A stretch of 58,458 nt of DNA, filler included, from Jimgerdemannia flammicorona (lineage: Eukaryota): the NCBI GenBank assembly GCA_003990765.1. It is 3 parts of 3 records of this genome, joined end to end, with 100 filler letters (N's around TTAATTAATTAA, not from the genome) between each part and the next. Parts side by side here need not be neighbours in the genome. Positions count along the whole stretch, not along the records: positions 1 to 19,421 come from RBNJ01001942.1; positions 19,522 to 38,942 come from RBNJ01001943.1; 1 more part is not named here. One strand, written 5' to 3'. A program made the translations under genes and the position numbers. Positions within the stretch are counted from its first letter, which is position 1; each line of letters opens with the position of its first letter. The notes below the pieces were generated by a model. The model ran no database searches. It worked only from the letters and a program-made list of their open reading frames with translations, and had not been told where the DNA came from. This document shows, in pieces, positions 12,101-23,500 of this stretch.

Positions 12101-15100
12101 AAAAAGAGGACATTTCTTAGCCAATTTCTTGAGTTGTAGCTTATTGATGTAGGTGATCTTTAGTCCAGAGTCACTAGAGTTGAGTGGGTCCTTTTTGCCT
12201 TGCAGTTTGAAGTTATGGCATCCTTTCTTGATGGTCAGAGAATGGTTTACCCAATCAATCATGGGGTTCTCTTGTTTCAACCATGGGGTTTCAAGGATGA
12301 TTTCATTGTCAGGAAGTGGTACAATTTGGAGGGTAATATGTACTTGGTAGTTGCCAATTTGGAAGGGTAGATTGCGGACCTCTTTGCTAATAATATGTGA
12401 GATTCCATCAGCTGTAGTAACTACTTGAGTTTGTTGTACAGGAGAGGTGAAGACCTTGAGTCTGTTGGCTGTCTCTTCATTGATGAAGTTGTCTGAGGCA
12501 CCACTGTCTATCATAATCTTGACAGGTGCTTGGTTGACAAAAGCTTTAAGTGTAAGCAGTTTGTCTGATCCAATGGTGGTGATTTCAGTTGTAGGAGCTT
12601 TCCTTCTATTAGTTCTTCTTTGAGCCAGTTCATTGACACAAGAGAAGCAATCATCAATCATTTGGGATGAGTATATTCCAATGCCATAGAGATATCGGCC
12701 ACTTGGTACATATCCATCTTTAATTTTCTTGTAGAATTGTTCTTCTTTGTTCGTGGTAGGTTGGATTGGAGTCTTGTTTGATGAGCTAAATCCTTTGGAT
12801 CCTTGGATGATAGGTAGTAGTTCAGGGACTTCCTTGACTGTCAGGGTTGACTCAATTTTTTCGAATAGGATCTAGGTGATGCAGAAACCAATAGGGATCT
12901 TGAAGGGTGTCCAACTGTGGTTTTGGATGAGGACAATAACTTCACCTGTATAGTCTTCGTCAATGACTCCTCCTTCTACTGAGAGTCCTTTCAATACTAG
13001 GCTGCTATGACAGTATATTCTTCCAACATATCCTTCAGGAATTTGGATACTGATTTCTGTGTAGACTTGTTTGACTTCTTAGTTGGAAACTATAGCTTCT
13101 TCAGCTACATATAGATCATATCTAGCTGCTTTTTGACTTCCTTTAGTTGGGGCCTTAGAAGTTTGTCTTAACTTGACAAAGTCCAGTATTCTGGTAGTCA
13201 GGTTGTTGAGATGGTGCAGAGTGGTAACAGTTGCTTGTGTTACTGTTCGGGGTTTTCAGTTAGGGCAGACACTGGTCATACATCCTATTTTTTGGCAATA
13301 GAAGTATGCTCCACTCCTTCGAAGTTCATTTCTTTCTCCTTTGGTGAGTTTCTTGAAGGTACTCAGCTGAGTGGATTCATAATTTCTGGGTGTCCAAGAG
13401 GTGGATATGGAGGGAGTTTAGGATGCTTCATACTTGGATTCTTCTTTCTTGGTCTAAGTCTTTTCCTTGTTGTTGAATTGTCTTTGGGGCAGAATTGGTC
13501 CAGCTGTTAGGATTCACTTGACCATAGTCTTGATTCTTGTCAGGCACTATTGTTGGTGATCACAACCAACTGGGTGGCCTTGTTCTCGGATTTTTCTAGT
13601 AAGTCATTCAGGCAGTGCATTGAATAAATGGTCTGCTCTTGTACCATTTTGTGCTTCATCATTGGCAATGTATCTTAGGCCAACAGTGTTCAGGAGTGAC
13701 TTGAGTTTTGTACAGAAGGTTTCAAATTCTTCTTTGCCATGTACATCAAATTTGAGGTTGTGGAGTTTTACTCAAGATTCAGCAATCATGGTTTTGCTGT
13801 AGTATTGAGCAATCATGAGTTGTTTGAGTCTAGGGGCTGCAGGATGAGCTCCATATCCTGGGGTATTGTTTGCTGTATTCTGTGCAACTACTGCAGGTCA
13901 GGTGTCCCATGTGAGAGGTTTTTCAGAAAGAGTTTGCCACCATTCTTCGGTAGGTCCTCAGAAGAATATAACAACTTGGTGGACATAGGCTGTAGTGGTA
14001 GCAAAGAGTTGTTCCAGAGTGTGGTCTTGATTATTTGTCAGAATGTGGTCAGCAACTTGCTCATTGGTCCATTGATTGACTTCGAAGTTGGTGTCAACTA
14101 CACTAATGAAGCTTTGGACTTCTTGTGCAGTACTATTGAAGGTAGGTAGGCTCAGATTTTTGATAGGTTGGGTCTGTTTGGTTAAGGCAGTAATGGTTGC
14201 TACCATTATCACTACCTGGGCTATAAGGTCTAAAATCTATTGGTTCGCCATATTGTTTACTGGAGGTGGTTAGACTGCTAGTAGTAGTGTTACTGGTACT
14301 ACTTGAGGTATTGGTGCAGAGTATAATGGAGTTCTTTGGGTCTATGTAAGTTGCTAGAGTAGTAGTTGTGGGTCTGGAGTGAGGGCTTGATAGATAACTA
14401 TTTGTTGCTATGTAGGTATATTCTATCCTGATGGAGGTACTTCTCCTTCAGTGGTATATCCGGGATCAAATTCACTGAGATACTCCTCCTCCTCTTTGGT
14501 TTGGTCCCTGTGTAATTGGGTTTGCTTAGTATCGAAGTAGATGGAATCAGTTGTATATCTAATTTCAGATGGACTTAATTCAAAGTCAAGTTCAGGTTCA
14601 GTGTTGGTTTCAGATCCAGATAGGGCTGTAGTAGGGCCTGCTTCAGATTTGGGGTCAGGTAGTTGATGAAGGGTTTCTCTTACTTCTTCTTTAAGAATAT
14701 GGTGGACCTTACTGTTCTGGAATCAGTAGTATAATGCAGTCTTGATCCTGGTATGGTGAAAGTCGGTAGAGTTGAGCCACTTGGCTATAGAGGCTTGGGC
14801 TTTGTGAAGAACTATGGCTAGAAAGACTGCTGCTGGTTGTCCTAGATCACTTGGATTTGTGGAGCTGACAAAACTCTTATTGAGGAGAGTAAAGAAGGCT
14901 TCAATAAGACCTTCTTCATCTTAACTTGCTGGGTGTAGTACAAGGAGTTCAGTGAATAGGGTTTCATCTATTTGCTGATTTAACTGTAGTATTTTTTTCT
15001 TCAAATGAAGTTTGTCCCACTTGTTGCAGGTGTAGAGGTCAAATTGTCCTTGTATGTCAGGTTCAATTCTCTCCAGATTGTCAGATAGTTCAGGATAAAT

Positions 15101-15199
15101 TCCAGTTCAGAGGTTGGGCTTTATACCAACTTGTAGGAATTCACAGAGGGGTTTGTAACAGAGTGAGGAAGCATCTTGAAGTAAAATTGGATTATAAAC
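9119..15199 (-). pseudogene. Single-frame gag-dUTPase-protease-RT-RNaseH-integrase-chromodomain polyprotein
   Basis: ORF pieces starting at 14212, 12661, 11617, 11038, 10717 and 10315 share a frame. Motifs: degenerate CCHC (YFYCQKIGCMTSVC), GVIDEDYTGE, IDSGAS, YIDD, TTDTSDLVLG, SMDFI/SDRDPKF/QTERMN, YEVEQIL...EYLVKWKGY. True start not resolved. Confidence 0.92.
12778..13190 (-). other. dUTPase domain between nucleocapsid and protease
   Basis: PTKGSQKAARYDL, GRIYCHSSL, GGVIDEDYTGEV, QGSKGFSSS correspond to trimeric dUTPase motifs 1, 2, 3 and 5. Confidence 0.88.
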
Positions 15200-15200
15200 T

Positions 15201-15210
15201 ACTGCTACCA
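15201..15210 (-). promoter_or_regulatory. Primer-binding site (TGGTAGCAGT, initiator-Met-like)
   Basis: TGG 3 nt downstream of the 5' LTR end at 15214. The tRNA identity is an inference. Confidence 0.7.
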
Positions 15211-15826
15211 AGTTATAAGAGGGTTACTTTTTAGAGTAGCCATTACATAGTTCTGGAAGAGTTTTCTGAAAGTTCTGGGTATTTTGGAAGACCATTTTCT
15301 TATGATCAAGATCAATTTCATATAGAGTACATCCTCTATACTTATTAATTTCAAAATCGGATTGATGTCTCAACCAAAGTCCTTTTTTGGACTAGTTCTG
15401 GATGTTCAGGATTTTCTATATTTTAGAAAGTTTAAGAAACTAAGACCAGCTTAGTTGAATTGGCATATTGCTGCAGACAATACCCAATTAGGAAATTTTG
15501 TAATGGGGTTAGGAGTGGGACCTAATGAGTAGTAGATTTACTTAAGAGTGGTTTGTGGATTATTAAATAGGTTTATTCGCTATTCATGATATTGCTATAC
15601 TAGGAGTAATTGTGTAAAGGAATATTGTGGAGAAGTGCTCAGGAGTTGTATTCAGATTGTTCAAGTCTTTCAAGTCTGAGATTCTGAGGTCTGGGAGAGA
15701 GGGTATTTATACTAGTGAGGGGCTATCTGAACTATGCTAGATATGGATGTAGCACTAAGTGTCTTACTGAGTCAAAATGCAGTCACATAGTATAAGAGTG
15801 ATCTGACATATCAAGAGATCATCTGA

Positions 15827-16012
15827 GCAAAGTGGAGGAAGGGTGGAAATGGTATTAGACAAGGTGGTCTTTTATAGGGAAGGAGTAGGGGGGAGGGGGC
15901 CCCCTAGGGGGATCGGATAGGGGGTGGGATTACTGTAATTATATGGGATAGATGGGTGTAATAAAGGAGAGGAGTCCAAGTGACTATAAAAAAAAAAAAA
16001 AAAAAAAAAAAA
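15827..16012 (+). mobile_element. Short 5'-truncated LINE 3' end with poly(A)
   Basis: Similar to 5490-5663; AATAAA, GAGTCCAAGTGACTAT and A25. Confidence 0.85.
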
Positions 16013-19000
16013 GGACTTTGAGGAGAAAGAGGATGGGGCAATGGTTGAACTTCTGGATGGGTTGGAGGCACAGGAAGCTGAGAAGAGGGAACTGGCTGTG
16101 GAATGTGTCTTGGACTTAGTATAGGAGAACTTGAATGCAGATTTGTAGAGGATGAGTTTGATATATAACAGTATTTCTTATGAACAGTATAACTAATATT
16201 TTCTCTCTAAATGTAAATAGGCTATGGAGATCTGGGTGGTATAAGAACATTTTTACTTGGCTCAAGAGATTGGAGGCTGATCTCTTTTTACTGCAGGATA
16301 TATGGTGTAAGGATGAGGATGATCAGGTGGAGTGGACTAAGAAATGGGGCAGGGCTACTGCTTGGTTTGGAAAGGTGGTGATTCTGGTGAAGAAGAGTAG
16401 AGGAGATTTGGGGAGAATCAGGAGCTGGAGTGATTGCTTGGTCTAGGGAGAATAGTATCAGTCAGGGTGGAAATTGGTAAGGGTGGGCTCTTGCTACTGC
16501 CCAGCAGTTAGGGGCAAGAGAATTGTATGGATTAAGGAGCTGCTGGAGGAGGGTATTCTCTTGGAGGAAGGAGTCAATGTTCTTGGTAGTGATTTTAATA
16601 TAGTTCAAGATCCATGACTGGATAGAACTGATGGTGGGAGAAATGCAGGTAGGAGGAGTGGTGGTCTGAATATATAAAAGGAGGTGGAAAATCTTAGCTC
16701 CTTAGGGGATATGGGCCAAACACAGTGGAGTGATACTAGGGTCTACACCTATTGGGTGAATGGGTTAGGCATGAGGATTGACTGGATTTTGATAGCCGAA
16801 TGTTGGGGTGCTGATGTCTGGAGGACTTTAGAGGTGGTGTGGTGCCTATGGTCTGATTACTGGGGATTATTAGGACAGAGGCAGTTTGGAGGGAGTGGAG
16901 ATGGACCTGGACATTGGCACCTTAACTCCTCTCTGCTGGCTGAGAAGGGGTTGTGGAACTCATGGGTGGAGGACATCCAGGTGAAGGTTCCTATCTGGAG
17001 GCATGAGGGTCTATCTGTGGGTACCCATTGGATGAGGTTGAAAGAGGCTACAAAGGCCTATTGGGGAGGAGCTGGTAGAGAGGCTGGGAGACAGAGGAGG
17101 AAACACATATAGTGTGCTTCTAATAGGCTGATGAAATTGCAGATGAAATGGGCTGATTTGCTTGTCTCTGATGAGGTAGAGGATTGGAGGTTTGAGTGAG
17201 CAAGATTAGAGATAGTGGAACTACAGTAGGTGTTGAGAGAGGAGGAGGAGGAGACTCATATGTGAGGAATGGCTGCCAGGCTATAGTGGCAGGGGCTTGA
17301 GGAGGGAGAGAGGTCTACTAGGTACTTGTCTAGGCTCCTCAAAGCTAGGAGGGTGTGACATTGGTAGGATGGGGTCTTTAATGCTGAGGGGGATTTGGTG
17401 CATAGTATGCAACAGATCTTGGGGGTATTGAAGAAGTAATGGTAGGGTCTGTAGAGTGAGGAAGAAGGGGGTGCTGATGTAGAGGTGATTGGAGATATAC
17501 TAGAGAAGTGGGAACTGCTGCAGATAGAGGGCCTGGGTGACTTGATCTTACTGATCCAAGAGGAGGAGATCCAGAGGATCCTGGCAGCTACTAAGCTTAG
17601 GACAGTGCCTGGGGAGGATGGGTTACCTTGGGACTTCTGGAAGAAGATAGTGAAGGTCCCTGGAATGCTAGGAGAGATGGCTGCCCTCTGTGACCATATT
17701 CTTCTGTATGGCAAGTGAGTTAGAGAGCAGGACTTGGGGTTGGTGGCCTTATTGTACAAAGATAAGGGCAGGCAAGAGGACTGGAAGAATTGGAGACCAA
17801 TCATGCTTTTGGATATGGACCAGAAGTTGGTGATAAAAGTGATTGTTACAAGGCTGCAGAAGATTGCTCAACAGGTACTGGGTAAGGAGCAGCAGGGTTT
17901 TGTAGGAGGTAGGCTTATCAGAGATGGAACTGTCTGAGTGCATGACATCATTGAAGGGGCTCAGGCCTATGGGCTGGATGGTAGACTGGTCTTTTTGGAC
18001 CAGGAGAAGGCCTATGACTGTGTTCAGCAGGTATGGCTGGGTAAGGTACTGGACAGAATTGGTGTCTCACCATAGTTTTGGGCCTCTATGTTGAGTTTGT
18101 TGGAGGGCAGTAGGGTGGTGCTGATGTGCAATGGTCACAGGGGTTTGGCATTTTCCTTGGAGAGAGGAGTTCCTTAAGGAGACCCACTGTCCCCTATTCT
18201 TTATGCCCTTTCACTAGAACCTTTGATGGATAGGATCCATCAGAAGGTGGCCAGACTCTCTGTATATGGTATGGTGTGGAAGGTGGGGGCCTTTGCAGAT
18301 GATATAGTAGTTGGTCTTAGATCAGTGGTGGATGTCAAGGCACTTACAGACACAGTGGAATGGTATGAGATACACTCTGGGGTGAAACTCAATTGGCATA
18401 AGTGTGAGACATTGGTGTTGGGGAAAGGGTTGGTGGGAGGGGACATCATTGGAACAATTGTCTCTACAGGAGAGGTGGTGCAGTATCTCAGTATCTTCCT
18501 TTCTATATATAGCTCAGTCTTGCTACAGGTGTGGTGGGAGAGGAAGGTGGTCATTTGGGGGAAGGCTCTGAGAGGTTGGGGGGATCATCACATCTCCCTA
18601 GCAGGGTGGGTATCAATCCTGAATGTGTACTGGTTCCCCAAGCTGTGGTATGTGGCATATCACTTAGACTTTCCAGCCTGGGTGGTGAAGAGGCTGATGA
18701 AGCTGGCTCAAGATTAGATTTGAGCAGGAAGAAGGTCACAGATTAGTTGGGATACCCTTGTGGAGCCAGTGGTTAGGAGAGGTCTAGGTCTTGTGGATTT
18801 CCCTAAGAGGCTACACTATCTGTAAGCTTAGTAATTGAAAAGGGCAGTTGAACTACAAGGAGGAGGGTGGGTTCTGCTGATGCAGAAGGTGTGGGAGATG
18901 AGATCCTCATCCCGGGGGTCCTTAGGAGACTTACTCTCTCTGGTGGGGCTGAATGGAAGCCGATGGCTATAGTATAAAGGCTTCTGGTAGAGGGTGGTAG

Positions 19001-19421
19001 ATGGAGTGCACCAGATAGGCCTATGCTGACAAGGTAATGAGGGGGAGGAGGTAGGAGTGGAGTGTCAGCAGGGGTTTGGCCAGGACCTTTGGCCGAGTGG
19101 CTGGCAGGCAGTTGGAATTGGAGAGGAGTGGGACTGGGCAGGCATCTGGTCTTGGAGTGCTGAGGTACAGAGGTGGCTTCCTCCCAAGTTCTGAGTGGTA
19201 TGGTGGAGAATATTGCAGAGGAATGTCATGCTGAATTTCCACTCAGGGCATTTAGTAGAGGGTGGACAATTTGACTGTGAGGAGTGTTATGATGTTGGGT
19301 AAGCTGGGGGTTATGTACAGATGCTGGAACATTGGCTGGGAGAGTGTGAGGTTTTGGGGGACTTTTGGGTTGAGATAGGGGATAAACTGGGTGTGGGGTG
19401 GCAGCTGGTGGGGGAGGGGGG
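16013..19421 (+). mobile_element. Second LINE copy: end of ORF1 plus degenerate APE-RT ORF2 from 16180, cut by the gap
   Basis: MNSITNIFSLNVN, RIDWIL, PGEDGLP, NWRPIMLL, LDQEKAYD, AFADD; colinear with 1760-5210. Confidence 0.92.
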
Positions 19422-19521
19422 NNNNNNNNNNNNNNNNNNNNNNNNNNNNNNNNNNNNNNNNNNNNTTAATTAATTAANNNNNNNNNNNNNNNNNNNNNNN
19501 NNNNNNNNNNNNNNNNNNNNN
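19422..19521. other. Artificial contig-joining spacer
   Basis: 44 N + TTAATTAATTAA (stops in all six frames) + 44 N = exactly 100 nt; identical to the second spacer. Confidence 0.97.
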
Positions 19522-19740
19522 GCCCACTACAGACGGCCCTGGCATCCCCAAACCATCTCCTCGTTTCCTCCCAACCTGCTGCCAGTCGAAGGCCCGGCTG
19601 CCCCCCTGGCCGACCTGCCCACCAGTATGCTCGTTGCTCGCCATGTTGATAGTAGCTTTTCACCAAAAACTTCGCGGAAAGTGTTGTCCAAATCTTGTGT
19701 CACCTGAAAGTTACCGGCGAAAGGTGTGAGAAGACTGGTC
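19522..19740 (-). mobile_element. Probable 5' end (UTR + ORF1 start) of a LINE
   Basis: ATG at 19644 opens MASNEHTGGQVGQGGSRAFDWQQVGRKRG..., which runs into the gap. The G-rich strand and WQQVGRKR motif resemble LINE ORF1 N-termini; there is no direct homolog in the window. Confidence 0.35.
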
Positions 19741-20596
19741 TCTGTTGTTGGTAGATATATCTCTTAAAGTATAGTAAGCAGACTTGTTTTTTGCTTTTTG
19801 GTTTCAATTTCAGACTGAGATTTATTCACTCTTATCTCTGGAGTATTTTATATAGTTATAGTTACTATCTAATTGCTATATAGCTAATTATAGATTACTA
19901 TTTCTGATAATACTTAGCTGTTTCTATTAGAAATAGAAATCTCAAATTCTGATATAGTATACCAGCTAGGAATACTAATCTCAAATTCTGGTATAATATA
20001 CTAGCTAGGAATACTTTGTGCCCTTATTTGGCTATCTGGGTTATTTATACAAGTTGGCACAGTAGGGCAGTCCTGGTTGCCTAGTATATCTGATATGGTA
20101 TATATATGGCTAAATTATAGTGACTAATTTGGATGGTAACTTGGTATGTTTCTCTATAATATAATAATACCTTTTTTTAAAAAAAAATTCAGCAAAGAAC
20201 ATATTACCAATATAATAATCTGCAAGAGAATGAAACTCGAGATTTTCATTAATCCAATGATATATCGAAATCTTGAACCTTACATCTAGGGCTGTAGAAG
20301 AAAAATGTGGTGATCAGTTAGTGTGACATGTGAATAATGGTACCATCACGTCGGTAGCTTTTATTAGTGCCATAAGAACAGAGGCTGCATAATTAACACA
20401 GAAATACAGCCTCTAATACATATTCATAAAACAGCGAAAACTTTCCATCGGATATTTATTATTTATACTTCATCTGATGGGCCCACGAACACAAAGATAA
20501 CTCGAATATATATATAATGGAATTACAAATATGGATATACAAAAACTAACTAGATAAGTGAAGACTGCAAAAACAGAGTAATCAACCAACTTCCCC

Positions 20597-23500
20597 TTAA
20601 AAAAAACCTAACCCCTGCAAGATGATGATCTGCTCCTCGTCCAAATTGATTGCCGCCGACCCATGCGCCATCACGATCAATTCCTGATTTTTTTGTCTAT
20701 ATTCCTGGCAAATACTAAGGAGTTCTTGGGCATGATACAGATCCGCATACCGTTCAATGTCCAGCACGGTATTAACCCTCATCATCTTACCATTGATGAT
20801 TCGCGTCTCGATCAAATTCTTGAGCCGATCGAGCGCGTACATATCCGCAGGCTGGAGCAGGTCAAGATACACTTGCAGCTGGCGACGAGGGTCGTCCTCC
20901 GCGTATCCGTTGTCTGCGTCAATGTCCTCGGGCCTAATGGCGAGCTCGCCAGTGTGGAGGTAGTCGAGCATGATGCGGAACGCAGTGGACGATACGTCCG
21001 GTACCTCAATCTCTATGGGGAGGTTTTCGTGGCGAGTTTCTGTCATTCCACCATGTTCAGTGGGAAGGAACATCGTTCTGAAGTAGTCGCTGGCCATGGC
21101 GAGGAAGATCCGTGATGCAGGAAGCCGATGACCGCCCGCGAGGAAGACAACATCCTTGTACCCAATGGCAACGGTGTCGTCGCGGCGGTAAAACTCGCCA
21201 AACCTGCGGAAGACGAGTTCTTCCTGAGAAAGATGATTAAGATCCGTGTCCAAGTTGCGTATCGGCAAAGAAACGACCTTTCTTGCGCCGCCCAGAACCA
21301 AGAGCTTTTCGAAAGGTTGCAGGAAATCGTGGATTTTTAGCATCTCCGAGTTGATGTCAAAGTCTTCGCCGATGACGAGGTGCCTGGCTGGCTTCCAGCT
21401 TTCGGGATTCGTCGGGTCGTCGCCGTTCAGGAACAAGGTAGTTGTGCACGAAAAGCTGTCGCGCATTTTGGCCTCGGATTTCGGGTCGTTACAGCGGTCC
21501 AGGAGGAACTGGTACGTGTCCTTGAGCCAACGGCGAAATTCGGTCTCATTCCCGTGGCATTTCTGGGAGACTGTGAGCGCGAGGCAGTGAAGGTGGGCGA
21601 TGACGACATCAACGGGCGGGTTGTTGAGGCTTGGAATTTGCTGAAGAACGTGGTTGGATAGGTTGAGGGTGGGGCGTTGGGTCCATACGACATTTCGATG
21701 TTCTTCCAGACAGAGTTCGGAGAGAGAGGTGAGCAGACCAAATACTGGAAGGAATTCGCGCGTGAAGTTAGGTAGAGCTCCAGAGGTCCTGGTATTGACG
21801 GGTATAAACTTTTTCTTAACGAGTTGGGAGAGCTGGAATCGGTCTAATGTAAAGTTTAAACCAAAGTTTGAGGCAAAGTTATTGGCCACAAGCCTAGCCC
21901 GGTCCAGGTAATTTGGAGGTCGACCCGACCCGAGCTCTGAAAGGCGAACGACCTCGTCGACACACTCGATGAATGTCGACCCGTTGGTCTCGGTTTTGAG
22001 GCCAATTTTTCGAAGCGCCGAGATATTAGTCTTGACGCTACTCGCGACAAACTTCCCCGCTCCGGCAAACACGAGAGCAAACATCGGGTGCTCGTCATCG
22101 TAAAGCTCCGAGGCCTTGAAAAGTTTGCAGTTAGGCAACTCGTCGCTCGGGATGAGCTGATGCTGTGTGAGCATTTGGCAGAGCTTTTGCGACTTTTGCG
22201 ATCCCTCGACGTAACTGAGAACCTTGCGAAGGAACGTCTGGTATTCGCTGACCTTTTCACCTGGGAGTGGGTTATTGAGCAATGGAAGGACGTTGTACCT
22301 TAAGTGTTCCTGAACCGACAGCTCGGGAATGTTGATCTTAACCGCGAAATTGTGATTCGTGTCATTTTTGCAAAGGATGGCCTTCCCGGATGGTACTGAG
22401 AACACAGGGAAATTTTGCGGTAAAAGGCGGCAATCCGTCGCGGGTTTGAAGGCAACGGTCGAGGAGGATGTGTGAGCTGGGAAGATGGGCAGCTGACGGA
22501 GGATCTCTATCGATTCCGAGGAACGCTCGTTTTGGAACAGGTCGTATTCGTTTCCCTGGAAGAAGGTCCTCAGGATGTTTCGCTCATCAGGGCTCAGCGG
22601 CAATAGTAACTCTTCGATGGAACAGTTTGCTTTTGTGCTCGCCAATTGTATGCATTTTAGTACATTCGTCACGGAGAACTCCAGTACAAAGCCGGATAGC
22701 CGCTTGGAATACCGCTTGTCGACAAGGTGCGTGCCAATCTTGGTCAAAATCGCATTGATATTGGATCGACTGCTGTTTTGGTAGAGTAGAGGTAGCTTTT
22801 GGTTCAAAGAGACCAGCATTCCGTTTGGGCCGACGGTCGGCAAGATTGGCATGCTCTCGAAGGCTGTCATTTCTATATTTTCCGTCGCATCCAGATAGCA
22901 CCAGAGATTGTGAAGCCACTTATCATTTATGCTAGTCCCATTACGATCGTAATCCAAGTGATCTCCAGGGCGCAACATTTCAGAGAGCAGTTGAATGAAA
23001 GCATCGTTGTCCAGTCGTTTGACATTCAGCGATTCGGTCGCCTCCGTAGTCGTAAGCGCATTGATAATAAGTTCCGAGATCCTCTTTAGGTCAACGAAGC
23101 TTGATGAGAGATCGGGGAAAAGTGCAATTACTACCTCATTCGCAATGTAAAATTGACTTCGTTCCTTTCCGAGCGTGCCAAATGACTTGTTCATGAGCGG
23201 TAGAATGGTACATCCTCTAAGCTCTGCAAAGATTTTGTCGCTCAGAAGATATTCGAAGAAGACGGTGAAGACGCTCTTGTCCATTTTCTCTACAAGTGCC
23301 TTGGTGGTATGCCGGATGTTGTCGCGGACGAGCTTGGGCGTGACTTGTTGACGCTCTCTTTCCTCGTTAGGGAAGCCTTTCAATATACTGGAAGGAAGTT
23401 GTACAACGTTGATGCTACGTTTGATCAAAAAATCACTGATGATTTTTGAGGCCTCTTGCTGGATACCATTGGAAATGAGTGTTGAAGTGAGTGTTTCGTC

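Larger units (their letters stand above)
6701..15826 (-). mobile_element. Ty3/gypsy chromovirus with dUTPase and ~2-kb LTRs; 5' LTR truncated
   Basis: 3' LTR 6701-8689, PPT 8691-8703, gag-dUTPase-PR-RT-RH-IN-chromodomain, PBS 15201-15210, partial 5' LTR 15214-15826. Confidence 0.93.

Noticed and set aside
19466..19477. TTAATTAATTAA as a biological motif or piggyBac TTAA site
   Set aside because: It is centred in N runs and repeated identically, so it is an assembly linker.
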